Shown: positions 1 through 13,767 of the stretch, piece after piece
Layout of the letters: every line of letters starts with the position of its first letter
How positions within the stretch are numbered: position 1 is the first letter of the stretch
Source: Octopus bimaculoides
Lineage: Eukaryota
NCBI RefSeq assembly: GCF_001194135.2
Contig: NC_068990.1
Location: 86,013,691 to 86,073,839 of the forward strand
Direction: 5' to 3'
Length of the DNA stretch: 60,149 nucleotides
The notes under the pieces: generated by a model
What the model was told of the DNA's origin: nothing
What the model saw: the letters and a program-made list of their open reading frames with translations, nothing else
Database searches by the model: none
Made by a program: the position numbers and the translations under genes

Positions 1-1318
1 TGAACTAATGTGACTTATTTTAGATAAACCTGTATATAATTAGACCACTTTTTTCATAGGTTTGTAAGAAAGATAAGAAAAAAAAAAAGGAAAATTGGGG
101 TTGTAGGTGGGGATATAATAAATCACCAGTTCTTTAGAAATTTTCATTTGGTTTTTTTTTTTTCGCCAAGGAACACTTTTCTTCAGAGACTTCGTTGCAG
201 TTTCATTCCTCCTCACTCTTCCCTCTCCCTCATACACACACACTCTCTCTCTCTCTCTCTGCCTCCCCCTATCTGTCTATCACAAACATAAGGTATTCCA
301 TTTGTTTGTGGTGGTTGCAGCAGCAGTGATGAGGAGGGGGAGACAATGAAACTTAACGATTTCCCCAGAAATCTGTTCTTTGCTCTTTGTATTGTTTACT
401 TAGCACAACAACAGAACAATTGTTGGCTGCGTAACACCCAACACAGCTGGTGCAGTCAACTCACCCACCTACCTGCCCACCTACCCAGCTTCCCTCTGGA
501 ATATCTTCATTCTTCAGATCTGTTCTTAGGAAATAGCTTTCGCTCAATGTGGCCATTTATTTCTCTATTTGTTTAGTTAATACAGGTGTATATATTATTT
601 TTATTATTATTAGTAGTAGTAGTAGTTGTATTAGTAAATGTCAAGAGAATAGTAAAAAACCTCTTGTTGCTGAATGGCAAAGTATGCATGCATGCATGTA
701 CTCTGATGTAATATATGGATAGCTTCAGGGTGGGTCTACATCTTTTTGTCAGCTGCCTAGAGACCAGGACCTGATTACCTAAGTGCTGACCAAAGTAACT
801 TATCAAAAACTTTATCTCAGGGTGGGGGAAGATTTTTTTTTTTTTTTTTTTGTAAGCTCTTAGTTGAAATTAATCCCCGGTTCCTTTTGCTCACATTTAA
901 ACTGCTCTAACTGCATGCGTAGCAGTTTGTTTAGAGGTCGTATGGTACAGTTTTAAACACCACACAATTGTTTTTTGTTTTTCTAGAATTCTCTGTCATG
1001 TGTCTGTATGCGAATGCTTGCTGTTTTTTCTAATACTGAACTAACATCTCTAGTAAATCTTGCTTCCCTTTTCAGAATTGCACCCCTCTGGAATTCTGTT
1101 CTTGCTTACCTCCACCTCCCAACCTCACCTCTTACAAACCTGGACCCATTTGTGTTGAATTGATCAACAAAGGGTTTATGTGTGTTTAAATGTGTGTGTG
1201 TAATAAATATATAAAATAAAAATTGCACAGGAGGTTAACAAAACACACACACACATACACGGCTTCACATGCTCAACACTCATCAGTTATTGGCCAAAAA
1301 TCATTGAAAATTTGAGCC

Positions 1319-1358
<40 letters not shown>

Positions 1359-1417
1359 ATCCCATATTTTATATGTATGAATCGTTCTGGATATTGCATC
1401 GAAATGTTCATAGGTCA

Positions 1418-1455
<38 letters not shown>

Positions 1456-1498
1456 ATGTATTTTCAATGGATCAGTTTTGAGCTCTATTTAAAGTTGC

Positions 1499-1529
<31 letters not shown>

Positions 1530-3099
1530 AATGTATATATATAATAATGGACTCTCCTGTCGCTAGACAACAGGAGGGTTCGACAATTTCGTACCGAACA
1601 ACCACACAGATGATTTGTTTATAGTGATCAAATGTTTGTACACATAAGCTCCGTCCATCATATCGACATTACCTGTTACAGGTGCAACTGGGTGCCACAT
1701 GTCAGATATCGAAATGATCGCAGAGCAACATGAAATGAAGTAACATTCCTACGACAGCAGAGATAGTCTTCGCTCACATGTTCTAACGTTTTCCCAGTTG
1801 TGTAACTGAGTTCCAGGCAATTTTTTAACTTTTTAATTTTATTTTCTGTGGAGCAAATTCTATGGGTTTATCTTTTTATTGGCTCTCTTTTCAGTTAGCA
1901 GTGAGATACCCCAAAGAATCTTTAAAAAATTTGCTTTTAATTACTTATTGTACAGTCAAGACTACGGAGTTAAGTAGTTAGCTGTGTGATCACATGATTT
2001 CGGGGTTTGATCTCATTGGCCCTGTGATAGACAACCCTTGTACTAGGGTTGACTTGTAATTTGCGAATAATATTAATGAACAGAAATTGACAGCTTTAAG
2101 ACAGAGGTGAGTAGCCTCTGACCTAATAATAGAACAGGTCTTGTAATTACTGACCTTGTAGAATAGGTCAGGAATTCTCTGACGTTGCAGGATATGCTGT
2201 GATGTAACTGCGACTCTGACCATCCTGTTTTTTTACAAGCACAGTATAGAGTTATGTTGTTTTTTCTCTTGTTGAGGTAGTGGGGTATAGTTTGAGGGAG
2301 ATGTGATTGCTATTTCTGGTAGGTCCAGTAACCAACATGAGAATTTGTTGTTTACACTTTAATTACTAGTTTTATAAAAGCTGGGGTAAAAACTCCAAGG
2401 TCACAAGGCCCAGGTTTTGGAGAAAGAGGTCACCAATATAATGTTTATTATTGCTTTGCAAGGAGAATAATGATAATAATAATAATAGGACAGATAGATA
2501 ACAACACTTCTGCTGTATCGACCCCCTTTCTCTCTTTCATGTCTACCGTAGCTTTAAAGTCTGAACCACTCTGAACAGTCAGCTTGTCTCTGTAAGGATT
2601 AATACATTCTTTTCTTCGTGATCTGTTTTATCTCCTTCAAGAGAACAATCATAACTTGTGTCAATGATGGTGGTGTCTTGTTTGGTTGTGGTGTGGTGGG
2701 AGTGAGGTGGGGGTTAGTAAATGTTTTGAATAATTTAGGTGTGTCAACTAAAGACTTAGAAATGTAAGTGAATATAGTAGTAGTAGTAGCAGCAGCATTG
2801 TTTCAGTAACCTTTAGTTTTCCAGCCCACCACCACCACCACCAACTGCAGCAAGAAGACTTCCTCAACACTGACAACAAAAGTAACAATGGCTGCTATTG
2901 CTGCAGCGGCATTCTCACTATCAACACCAACAGCTTCAGCAACAATACCACCACCTACTACGACTACTACTACTGCTACTGACAATATCCCCTTTAATAC
3001 CACCAGCCCTTTGAGTGAACCCGACAACCACCACCAGCTCTGCAACAACATCCCCAGTAACGGTGATCCCCCCCCCCCGTGTCACTACTAAGGCCAGCA

Positions 3100-3225
3100 G
3101 CTATTGACCATAGCCTGCTGAAAACCCTGGGTTCTAGTTCTCTCTTGTAGAATAAACTCTGAAGCCAAGCAAGATGGAGCCCAGTTAGTACTTAGATGGG
3201 TGACAATTTGAGAAAACCCTGCTAG
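3100..3225 (+). pseudogene. Degenerate 5S rRNA copy or 5S-derived SINE head
   Basis: GACCATAGCCTGCTGAAAACCCTGGGTTCTAGT...CTCTGAAGCCAAGCAAGATGGAGCCCAGTTAGTACTTAGATGGGTGAC is collinear with metazoan 5S rRNA (…GAAGCTAAGCAGGGTCGGGCCTGGTTAGTACTTGGATGGGAGAC), with many substitutions and a short insertion. Confidence 0.7.
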
Positions 3226-3918
3226 AAATAGTAACCAGAATTTCCTCAGATCACATCCTACATTTATTAAGTAAATGGACATGTTAATATATCCCAGATA
3301 AATTCTGCATGAAAAAAACACGTTGGTTGTGGCTGGACTCCTTTAGATCAAGACCAGCCTGGGGTCAAATAGCTACAAAAATATTGGTGTTATTACCAAC
3401 AATATCTGTTTACAAGTGTTGAATGCCTTTCTCTCCCTATTCATTTATTGCTATCTCTGTTGTCTATTTCTGTCTCTTTCTTTCTCCCTCACCCCTCTAT
3501 TACTAGCTCTCTCTGTCAGTTATATTTTTAAATCCTATTTTGGGTTGAGGTAAATTTAATCTGAGTACATTGACCTGCCATAAACCCGACTCGGGCTGAG
3601 AATAATTTGTCTCAATCCTGTCCTGTCACAAACAAACGTTTTAAGTTCTCCTCTGAACACAAACTCTTTGAAAGTTGTGTTTATTAAAATATCATTTAAA
3701 AGGAAAGCAGAATTAGAATTATGAAATCTTTTTAACTTTCATCTTACCTTCATTATTTTATCAAATTCACTGATGTAATTATGCATGCTGATAATGAAAA
3801 TCACATTCATTTTAAAAGAAGTTACAAGTTATGTCATTTTCAGCCTGTCTGAAGCTTCAGTTTGCTGAATTTATATCTCAAGAATCCTTTGGGTCAGGAT
3901 TTATTAGTTTTCATAGCA

Positions 3919-4135
3919 TTGACCTTTTAATGTTCAGATTATTCTGCCAAACGTAATGCTCATTGATTCACATTGTTTTGAATTAATCATGTATTATCTC
4001 ATATCCTAGAGATTTCAATGATATGATTGTTTGATGCAGAATAACATTGCAGGGTAGGTGGATCTGGTCAGGTTGAACATAAAACAGATGGAATATTTTA
4101 GCCGGATATGGCTGGTTTAAATGCTAAAGGGTTAA
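3919..4135. mobile_element. TTAA-flanked MITE (piggyBac-like ends), family 1
   Basis: Right end AATGCTAAAGGG-TTAA; degenerate left end; body matches the copy at 42384-42609. Confidence 0.6.
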
Positions 4136-4554
4136 AAAGATAAGTAAATCTCTCCTTCATAAAAACATTGATTTTAAGCCAGAAAATGTTCTCACTGAGA
4201 ATTGAATGAAGTACAACAGACTTGGAATGGTAAACAGTTACACAATTCTACTTTGGTATTACATAGAGCTAGGATTCTTCAAAGGAACCTCTACATGGTT
4301 GCATTCCCTGCAAGAAATACCGAGCAAAAATACATTGTGTACATTATCGTACTAGGTAGATTGTCTGAACATTATGATGAGAATCATTGGGCTTGACACA
4401 TAGATCAGGGATGACCTTAAGGTGGGATGAACTGTACATTACTGACAGACATAGAGCTAAGGTTGGCTCAGAATAGATAAGGATATCTGACAATTAGATT
4501 TCATTTACTATGTCTCTCACTATGTAACCATACTGTGTGTATAAATGTATGTAG

Positions 4555-4675
<121 letters not shown>

Positions 4676-5989
4676 TCAATTTTTTTCTCCGTGTTTTTCT
4701 CCTTGTCTCTGTATTCTTTCTGTTGAAGAGCGTAGCTCGAAACGTCAAAGACTTTCCGTATTCCCGAGCGTCATACTAATATATATTTTTGTTATTTACA
4801 CCACCTGTCCTCGTCTGTTGTTATTATTTGTATATTCTCCCATATATATATATATATCAAGTAAAATGGTTTCTATACTTGTATAAACAAACATGGTGTG
4901 CTGTTATTTAAGCATGACATTTATTGTATGAAACAAAGGTTATTTAAATATTCAACTCAGCCATATGCACACTTACTCACTTGTACACAAACAAATTCAA
5001 GCAGACAAGAGTTAATCTATTGGATAGGAATATTAGATTCAGGTTTGAAATTTTACAAGGAAAATCATGCAGTTCTGTAATGAATAGATACATTAGAGTG
5101 AACAAATTTTAGAATCGAGATTAGAAATTTATTCAGAAATTATGCGTTTTCAGATCTCGTCTAAAAATGTCATAAATACAGATGGTGTGAAATCAATATT
5201 TCTTTAATGAAATACAAAGTCAGCTTTGCTGAATAGAACTTATGAATTGTCAATCATTGAACATGTGTAACCCGTTGTGGTGAATTAGATTAATTAAATT
5301 AGATTATTCTTAATTTTTACACGTTTTTTTTTTTTCTTTTCTTTTTTTTTTTTTACCTGCTTGCATTAAGTTGTAATCGTTTCCAGTTTTTTTGTTGGAT
5401 TCAACTCCTTGAGATCAACCCTTACCACCTCTTTCTATAGCTTTCTCTTCCACAGAATCCTCCAGTTTGGATTACTTGGCACTACTTTACTCAACTGTTA
5501 TTATCCTCCACGTGCATCACATGTCCATAGCAGTGTAGTCTCTTCTTTTAACACACTAGATCTGATTTCTTCTGTACTCAGTTCTTTATTCAACTCATTC
5601 TTCAGTGCTTGGCACAGCATCGACTAATTATGAATATGTACACCTGTGACAATTGTAATTCACCATGTGGCCTTACTACATGTGGTGATGTTAGTGATGG
5701 AAAATTATGGCACTGCAAGCATTGTAAAAGGAGCAAATCAGTTTGTTACCTTTCACTTTTTTGAGAGAATTCATATTTCACCAGTGTTTGTGTTGTGTAA
5801 AAAGTTGACTTATCTCCCCCTTGATTTTTATTCACTTTTTTAAATCTGACCAAACTGAACAATTACCAAGGTTTTCTAAATCGGTGCCATCTTGGAGTTA
5901 ATCAACAATAAAATCTATAAAGTGTTGAATCAATATTAGAAAACATTGAGATATGTGTACCATAGATAAGGCATCTGAATGCGAAAGGG

Positions 5990-6163
5990 TTTAGAATTAG
6001 CCATGCATTTTCTCATAGCTTTGTGATTTCAAAGATGTGATTGTATATTTTAACAAAGACATTGTTGGGTAGGTGTGAGAAGCCAACTCTGACCAGTTTG
6101 AACATAAAATCGGTAGAAAATTTAGGGGCTGGATATGGCTGGTTTGAATGCTAAAGGGTTAAA
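5990..6163. mobile_element. Partial TTAA-flanked MITE, family 1
   Basis: Same body and right end GAATGCTAAAGGGTTAA as the 3919 and 42384 copies. Confidence 0.55.
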
Positions 6164-6276
6164 GTTTTACATTTGAAACACCTGGTAAAAGACACTTGAT
6201 GTGTTTGTTTGGTAAGTCACCTTGCTTACAAAGTTTAATTTCTATTGCTGTGTTTATGACCATCTTTCATTATATA

Positions 6277-6321
<45 letters not shown>

Positions 6322-6967
6322 CGTCGACCACTAACGTGGACAATTAATGCGCTAGAAATAGATCACATCTTGTGTCTATTAAGACCTAAATTGTTCTCAA
6401 CATGAAATATAGCAGCATACCAAAACATGAGCGGGCAAGATATTTAAAATCACCTAAAAAAGCATTCTTAAACAGGAACCGGTTTCGAATTTAACAAATT
6501 CTTACCATTTGTCTATTCCTCTTCAGCCTGATTTGTAATGTAACCGCAATCATCAGAATCGTATACAGAGTTGCCCACTGCCATGGGTGCGCGTGCATNN
6601 NNNNNNNNNNNNNNNNNNNNNNNNNNNNNNNNNNNNNNNNNNNNNNNNNNNNNNNNNNNNNNNNNNNNNNNNNNNNNNNNNNNNNNNNNNNNNNNNNNNN
6701 NNNNNNNNNNNNNNNNNNNNNNNNNNNNNNNNNNNNNNNNNNNNNNNNNNNNNNNNNNNNNNNNNNNNNNNNNNNNNNNNNNNNNNNNNNNNNNNNNNNN
6801 NNNNNNNNNNNNNNNNNNNNNNNNNNNNNNNNNNNNNNNNNNNNNNNNNNNNNNNNNNNNNNNNNNNNNNNNNNNNNNNNNNNNNNNNNNNNNNNNNNNN
6901 NNNNNNNNNNNNNNNNNNNNNNNNNNNNNNNNNNNNNNNNNNNNNNNNNNNNNNNNNNNNNNNNNNN

Positions 6968-6997
6968 AGTTGCCATACCTTGTTGAAATTCATCCTG
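6968..6997 (+). CDS. AFDN: Afadin exon, 5' part lost in an N-gap (…LPYLVEIHP-G)
   Basis: LPYLVE precedes the afadin FHA domain; donor G|GTATTA is phase 1 and matches the next exon. Confidence 0.85.
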
Positions 6998-8299
6998 GTA
7001 TTAACCTTTTACTTTCTCTTTATTTTATTTACTTTATTGTCCTTTTTTTTTTCCCCCTCTCCCCGCTTCCAATTTGAGATGAAATGTCAAGTCTGGCAGA
7101 AACCTTTGCTCTCTCCCTCTCCGCCTCTCAACCTTTCATGATAAAACTATATCTGCTGGATGTGAATGAAATTTCACTGGTTTATTGGGCTTACTTTGAT
7201 ACAAAATTTATTACCCTATCCTTTTTTTTTTTTTTTTTGAATTTATTTTGTTTATTTTTGTTGGGCTGACTGATGGCATAAATGTTTATAACAGAGCCCT
7301 ATATGTCAACATTACAAAGCAAGATGATTTGTCTGTAGGCCATTTGAAGAATAATAGTTGAAATGATGCCAAAATACCAAAGATAAAGTGGGTGTGTGGG
7401 ACAGTATCCATTGACATCAGCATCAGTAAACCTGTATAATTACTAATTGATGCTTCAAATTTTTTTTTTCTATGTGGTGATGGTGATGGTGGTAGTGGGT
7501 GGGGTTTCATTCTGGAATTATTTGAGGTAGGGTTGTTAGTGAAAAAGAAAAGATACTCTTAAAGAATGAAGTAATAATGTAAGAGCAGAATCTAACAATA
7601 GAGTAGTTGATCCGACTAAACTAGGTCTAATTCTGAATGTAACTTAAATGAAACAATTCTAAGAATAATATGAAAAGTAAAAAATAAAAAAAAAAACAAA
7701 AAAAAAATCAATGCTTGAGTATGTTCCAGACACGAACAGTCTGGCATTATGGTCTCAGAACTATAATGTTATTTTTCTCGTTATCTGCACCAGATTTTTA
7801 AAGTAGTAAACTTCAAACCATCCTCTTACATTTTTATCATTTTTATTTTTGTATTTTGACTTTTTTTTTTTTTAAAGTTCCACTATCGGCTTTCTTCAAT
7901 TGGAACCATTTTATAGAAACCAATTCTAGCGTGTCTGATTTCATATTGATCACACACACACATACACACACACACACACACACACAGTCAGTTGTGTGCC
8001 ATGCAGTATGTCTGAGATTATTTAGATCAACTGCTGTATAACTGCTAAATGGTTTTATATAGTTAGATTATATTTCACTTAAGTCTAGACATTTTTGTGT
8101 TGACAGAAATAGTTGAACATTAAATGGAATCAACTTTACCTTTTTATCTATCCAAAAATGACAAGAAAGCAAACATGTTTGGATCAGTCCACTGGACTCT
8201 TATCCATTTCTGCAAATTTCCTTCTACACCAAGAAATATGCGATTATTTCCTTATATCCCTTATATATTCACAGTCCATATCCCACCAAATCTTTGTTT

Positions 8300-8432
8300 A
8301 CTTGTTTGTCAAATCCACTCACAAGGCTTTGGTCAGCTCAAGGCTATAGTAGAAGACACTTGCCCAAGGTGCCACACAGTGGGACTGAACCTGGAACCAT
8401 GTGGTTGGTAAGCAAGCTTCTTACCACACACC
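8300..8432 (-). mobile_element. tRNA-derived SINE
   Basis: Reverse tRNA-like head and CACAAGGCTTTGGTC…CTTGCCCAAG core, repeated near 41975, 50030, 51150 and 51930. Confidence 0.6.
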
Positions 8433-9339
8433 CACATGTTCCTTTACATTCCGAGTTGAAATCTTGTAGATATTTACTTCGCCTTTTCAACCTTCCAAAG
8501 TTAACATTAAGAGAATTACTAGAACTGAATTTGATATTCGTATTCTCTCCTCTATAATGTGTGACCTTGTATGGGCGTAAAAAAAAAAAGTCATTATTAG
8601 TCTTGTGTTACAGAGAAATGGGTCTTTCTCCACAATATGAACATTAATACTCTCCAAGACACCATTTAATTATTTTAGAGAATAAATTTTTTGTTTTTTA
8701 ATTACTGCATTATGAAATCATTGCATATGAAAATCGTATTCAAGTAACATTCTTTTTAGTAGTTTAGTTTGTTTTAGTTTGACTGTGGCCATGTTGGAGC
8801 ACAGTCTTTGCGGTGTTTCTAAATTTAAACTAAAGCCTTTTAATGCAACTAAATGTTCATATTTGAATATTCTTTAAGTATAGAATAACAGCTTTATTTT
8901 GTTGCAAGTAGTTGCACAAATTTCTCTGAAATTGTTTATAAAATGTATTATGTTGTATATATAAAAATAGGACAAATTTAAAATAGAATGAAAATGTAAA
9001 AAAATGATTTAATAATTTTAAACACAATTTCAATGAACCATACAATTTAGCATGAAGATACCCTCTACCCTCACTTCTCTGTTCTGTTAGGATGGAGATC
9101 AGTTATGGGAGGTGCTGAAAAGTTCCTGACTTTAAGGGTATCATGAAAGGCCTGGTTAGAGGACCACTGCAGTAAGTGTGTGAATCTGAGAAGGGAATAT
9201 GTTGAACAAAGTCATAATTAACTGATCGTCCTGTAGTTTCTTTTACCCAAAGGAATAAAGGGTATAAAATAGTAAAAATAATGATATTATAGTGATGCTG
9301 AAATAATATATCTTTGTTTTTCTCTGTGACAATCTACAG

Positions 9340-9437
9340 GAATGGATGAAATGGATGGTAGGCGTCACCATTTGCAGCTGAATGTTACTGAAGTCGGCAG
9401 TGAGAAACCAACGTCTGAGAGTGGACAATACCTTCAG
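9340..9437 (+). CDS. AFDN: Afadin exon, start of FHA domain (MDEMDGRRHHLQLNVTEVGSEKPTSESGQYLQ)
   Basis: CTACAG acceptor, GTTCGT donor, phase 1/0; LQLNVTEVG resembles LQLSVTEVG of afadin. Confidence 0.9.
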
Positions 9438-10290
9438 GTTCGTCTCATTATTGTTTTGATTTAAAACTTGTAATCACTAAATATATATCAGATGAATTAA
9501 TATGATTATAATTGTTTTAGACTATTAAATTCATTTTCAGAAATTAACAAACAAAAAAAAAAAAAAATTGATATTTACATCTACATTGTTTTTGATTGGA
9601 ACTTATATAAAACTAAGGGTTGTAATTTAAGAATTAGCAGTTTAGAGTTAATATTAAGACTTTAATTAAAATAATATTAAAGACATAAACACAGGCATAT
9701 AAGGCAGAGAAAACAACTGACAGGATTCAAATGTATCTATTACTGCTTACCACTTTACCAATTAAACTACTGAGCACCTTACCATTCTTTTCCATGTCTT
9801 AAAATTCTAGCACAATGGTAAAGCTGAGTGTAAACCCTATTAATGAGATGGTGGAGAAATGACCTGCTGACAGAAAAGTCTAGAAGTCCTGTTTCACTGG
9901 TCCTGATTACTCTAGAAGTAAGGCAAGCCCTGGGATAAGATGGTAGTGGGTACTTTGTACTAGTGATATTTGACAGTGCTGGTTCAAATCCTACCAATGA
10001 GTTTAGGTAGCCTGGAATTATTTGGGATTTTTTTGAAGCTGTGTACTTAACATCCCATAGGTCAGTGATGAAGTGACAACTTCAGTGGTAAATCAGTCTC
10101 TAGATATACAATTGAGCTTTATTAGGTCAAGTATCTGAGTTCAAATCCTAAGGTTGATTTTACCTTTCATTTCATTGTCTTTGAATTGAGTGCCAGTAAT
10201 GTGCTGGTTTCTGTTATATCTTTCACTTGTACTTGTGACCTTATCTATTTTGGAGTAAACAATATCAATGATTTCTGTTTTTCTGTGTAG

Positions 10291-10491
10291 TTATTTGGTC
10301 CAAATATTCATCCATGTCACTGTGTGATTGCACACATGAATGGAAGCGTGACGGTGACACCAACTCGGAAAGATGCTGAGACTTACATCAATAATCGGCG
10401 GATCTACGAGACTACCCTCCTACAACATGGTATGTTGGTACAGTTTGGGGATCATCATGCATTCAGATTTTGTGACTCCAGATCTGATGAG
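10291..10491 (+). CDS. AFDN: Afadin exon, FHA domain (LFGPNIHPCHC…FRFCDSRSDE)
   Basis: GTGTAG acceptor, GTAATA donor, 67 codons, strong afadin FHA similarity. Confidence 0.95.
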
Positions 10492-10522
10492 GTAATAATA
10501 TCTACAAATCTTTTCTTTTTAT

Positions 10523-10885
10523 CTCCCTTCTCTCTTTTCCTCCTCTTCCCTTCTCTCTTTTCTTCCTCTTCCCTTCTCTCTTTTCCTCCTCTTCCCTTCT
10601 CTCTTTTCCTCCTCTTCCCTTCTCTCTTTTCCTCCTCTTCCCTTCTCTCTTTTCCTCCTCTTCCCTTCTCTCTTTTCCTCCTCTTCCNNNNNNNNNNNNN
10701 NNNNNNNNNNNNNNNNNNNNNNNNNNNNNNNNNNNNNNNNNNNNNNNNNNNCCTCTTCCCTTCTCTCTTTTCCTCCTCTTCCCTTCTCTCTTTTCCTCCT
10801 CTTCCCTTCTCTCTTTTCCTCCTCTTCCCTTCTCTCTTTTCCTCCTCTTCCCTTCTCTCTTTTCCTCCTCTTCCCTTCTCTCTTT
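10523..10885. repeat. 23-bp pyrimidine minisatellite (CCCTTCTCTCTTTTCCTCCTCTT)n, interrupted by an N-gap
   Basis: Period 23 counted directly. Confidence 0.9.
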
Positions 10886-11312
10886 TCTTCCTCTCTCACT
10901 CTCTTCTTGCTCCTCCCTCTCTTTATCTGTCTGTCTCTCTCTCTCCTCTAACTTTACACAATATCATTCAACCATTAACAATGGAGATATTGACTATTCC
11001 CCTCTCCCAAAATTTCAGGTCTTGTATTATACTGGTTTTCTCATAATTTATTTTATATAAACCCCTAATGGTTATTTTACTACATAATCAAGATAGGGAC
11101 AGGAGTTTCACCACTTCTGAGACTGATGGGTGGAAAGAGGCAAGTTATGCTCAATTTATCCCTTCCTCAGCACTTGGCATCACTTCAGACTGGGTCTTTG
11201 GATTCACCTAATCCACCTTCTTGCCAGAATATGATTTCAAATTTTTTTCCTTTGTCTATATTTACAACCTTCTTCAGGAACTTTTCAAAAATTCTTTTTT
11301 GGTCGCTTCATA

Positions 11313-11534
11313 TTAACCCTTTCGTTACCAACCCGCCTGAAATTGGCTCTGAGTAGAAATGCCTTGTTTTCATAAGCTTTAAATTAAAATCTTCCACCAA
11401 ACCTTAGTCACAATTTATGTTCCTAACACTAGCTGAATGATAACAGAGTTATTTTACTAAATTCTTTGTTATATTTAAAGTAATTGAAAGAAGCACAGAG
11501 CATGTCAAAATAAATACAGTAATGAAAGGGTTAA
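11313..11534. mobile_element. TTAA-flanked MITE (piggyBac-like ends), family 2
   Basis: TTAA-CCCTTTCGTTAC … GTAATGAAAGGG-TTAA: 12-bp TIR with one mismatch, no coding capacity. Confidence 0.7.
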
Positions 11535-11738
11535 TATGTATTCATATCAGTTAGTTAAGGTTAACCTCTCTCACTTGCATAATCAGTATACACAACAAAA
11601 AAGCTTTTATTTTCCATAGAATGTTTCAGTATTATTTACCTTATTTTGAGGTGTGCTGATAGTTCCCCCACCCAATCTTGCCATTCTCATTACCACTGCC
11701 TCCTGTTCTGTAACTTTTTAAAATGTTCTTCTTGGCAG

Positions 11739-11902
11739 AGACACTCCAAAGTTCCTCGGTCTCCCGATCACAGACTGCAAAACAACCAAAGGGATTCTCA
11801 AATCAGACAATACGACCCTGAAATGGATACTGGTACCTACGCTAAACCAATAGAGGAAAACATTCCCCGCCATGAGAGAGCAAGGGAAGAAATGCTCAGA
11901 AA
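11739..11902 (+). CDS. AFDN: Afadin linker exon (RHSKVPRSPDH…EEMLR)
   Basis: GGCAG acceptor, GTAAGA donor, open frame; phase 0/2 fits both neighbours. The sequence itself is poorly conserved. Confidence 0.75.
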
Positions 11903-12149
11903 GTAAGAAATCCAATGATTCGTTGATAAAATTGTGCGTTTGTGATTATGTAGGTTTTGTGATAGACTTGACCAGGTCAGTGCAGTGCCAGATTAAATTG
12001 ATCGCAGTATATTTGGGTTTGCTCTATGTCCTGGGATTTTTCTTCGCTTTCTTTTTGTTCCAATGGGATTCAATTTTTTGCCTATAAATCTGTCTTGTGC
12101 TGATGTAAGAAATAAATATTTAATGATGGAAATAGATGAAATGATGGTA

Positions 12150-12282
12150 TAGTTGCGTGAACTGGAGCAACATGAAATAAAGAGTCTTGCTCAAGAACAC
12201 AACACAGCCTGGTCCAGGAATCAAACTCACTACCTCATGATTGTGAGCCCACCACTCTAACCACTGGGCTATGTGCTTACAT
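12150..12282 (-). mobile_element. tRNA-derived SINE, family C (CTTGAGCAAGAC core)
   Basis: Reverse complement of the 5' part of the 39701 and 52017 copies. Confidence 0.65.
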
Positions 12283-12571
12283 GTTGTATGAAATGCTATA
12301 CCATCCAAACTATGTATAATCACCCATCCCTTAATCTATTGTGTGAATACTTCCCTCTGTCAATTCCAAGTCTCTTAATGAATATTGGATGAAAACATAC
12401 TTAGTGTCTACCAATGATGGTATTTGAGAGTTTCTATTATAAAATGCAGCAGATTCCATAGACTTGTCTTGAAACATGCCATTTGAAGGCATCTAATAGA
12501 ATCTAGTCTTTTTGTTGGCACAGCATAAATTCCACTTGTTGTTTTACCCTGTTTTGTTTCTTTTCTTAAAG

Positions 12572-12672
12572 TGCTCCCAACTCCATTCCTCATAGCCCCG
12601 CACGACAGCCAACACCTTCAGGAAAAATTGGCGATGAAGTACTTCCTGCTGCATTAGAGTTCCGTGAAGATG
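12572..12672 (+). CDS. AFDN: Afadin exon (…GKIGDEVLPAALEFRED)
   Basis: LPAALEFRE resembles afadin LPASIEFRE; phase 2/1; a second in-frame acceptor lies at 12596. Confidence 0.85.
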
Positions 12673-13561
12673 GTAAATATATTTTCTTAAAGTTTTGTTA
12701 AATCTTTATCTCAGAAGGTGAAGAGAATATTTTTGGGTTATGTGTACTGTTTATTTATTGTTTGCATCAATATGGTGTGAGCATCTTATACATGCATCTG
12801 TACATTGTGTGTGGATGTTCTGAGAAAGCAGGGTTGTGGGCACTATTTTTTTCTCTGGTTGAACCATTTTAAATGGGTAAAAAAAAAAGTAGCGTAGTTA
12901 TTTGTCTTAAAATTATCAATTTTGATATCATCATCATCATCATTTATCATCTGTTCCATGCTGGCATGGGTTGGACAGTTTGACTGGTGCTGGTAAGCTA
13001 GAGAGATGCACCAGGCTCCAGTCTGATTTGGTATGCTTTCTATGGCTGGATGACCTTCCTAAAGCCAACCAATATCTATAAAACAAGAATCTTCTCCTGG
13101 ATAAGATGCTAGTCTATTACGGGATTGGTTTATTTCCCCCCCCCCCCTTGCCAAAACAAGCTCAATAGTGCCAGCCATCAAATTACTTGTCACAGTTATG
13201 CTTAGAACATGGTGAACTTCATCATGTGAGATATCTTGCCTCCTGAATATAAAGTTGCATCAGTGACAGATTTGAGATGTCAGTATCATGGATGAAGGGA
13301 AATTTCAAGAAATACGCAATGTATGAAGGAGATAAAATGTTGATTTATATTGGCGATAGATTCAGTGAATATTTTAGCAGGATATATGCTGGATAGCAGA
13401 TATCTGTGAGTTGTTGGGGGAAGACACTCATGTACGAAGTAAAACTTAAATGACTTAAGAAGTGATTATCTCTACAGAAATTCGGAGTAATAGTTTTTCT
13501 ACTTCAATAAATCTTTCTTTTTCTTTCCCCTTTTAATTTTGTTGGTAATTTTGTTTTTCAG

Positions 13562-13767
13562 CACAAACCCAATTTCTATCGGAACTTGTTCCAAATGTGA
13601 AATGCAATGCTGTTCAGTTTAAGTTAGCACCAACTTACACCTTGTATTTAGCCATACGTTATCGACTATCCAATATCTATCGACCAGAGATAGAACCAGC
13701 TGAACGGGCTTCACGGTTGACTAATTTCATGAACAAGATGGCTTCTATGATGCAACAAACTATCAGG
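13562..13767 (+). CDS. AFDN: Afadin exon (QTQFLSELV…FKLAPTYTLYL…MMQQTIR)
   Basis: TTTCAG acceptor, GTAAAT donor, phase 1/0, strong afadin similarity. Confidence 0.95.

Noticed and set aside
1076-1175. Strong-looking acceptor (CCCTTTTCAG) followed by an open stretch
   Set aside because: No frame resembles the afadin RA domains or linker, and there is no good donor.
2803-3091. Thr/Ala-rich and Val-rich ORFs
   Set aside because: Trinucleotide low-complexity sequence with no convincing splice context or homology.
6491-7141. Long ORFs spanning the N-gap
   Set aside because: Artefacts of Ns; only LPYLVEIHP is real. The same applies to 52137-52903.
8124-8557. ORFs of 87-95 aa
   Set aside because: Run through a SINE; phase-1 entry from the nearby AG hits a stop.
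10519-10899. Minus-strand E/K/R-rich ORF
   Set aside because: Translation of the 23-bp minisatellite.
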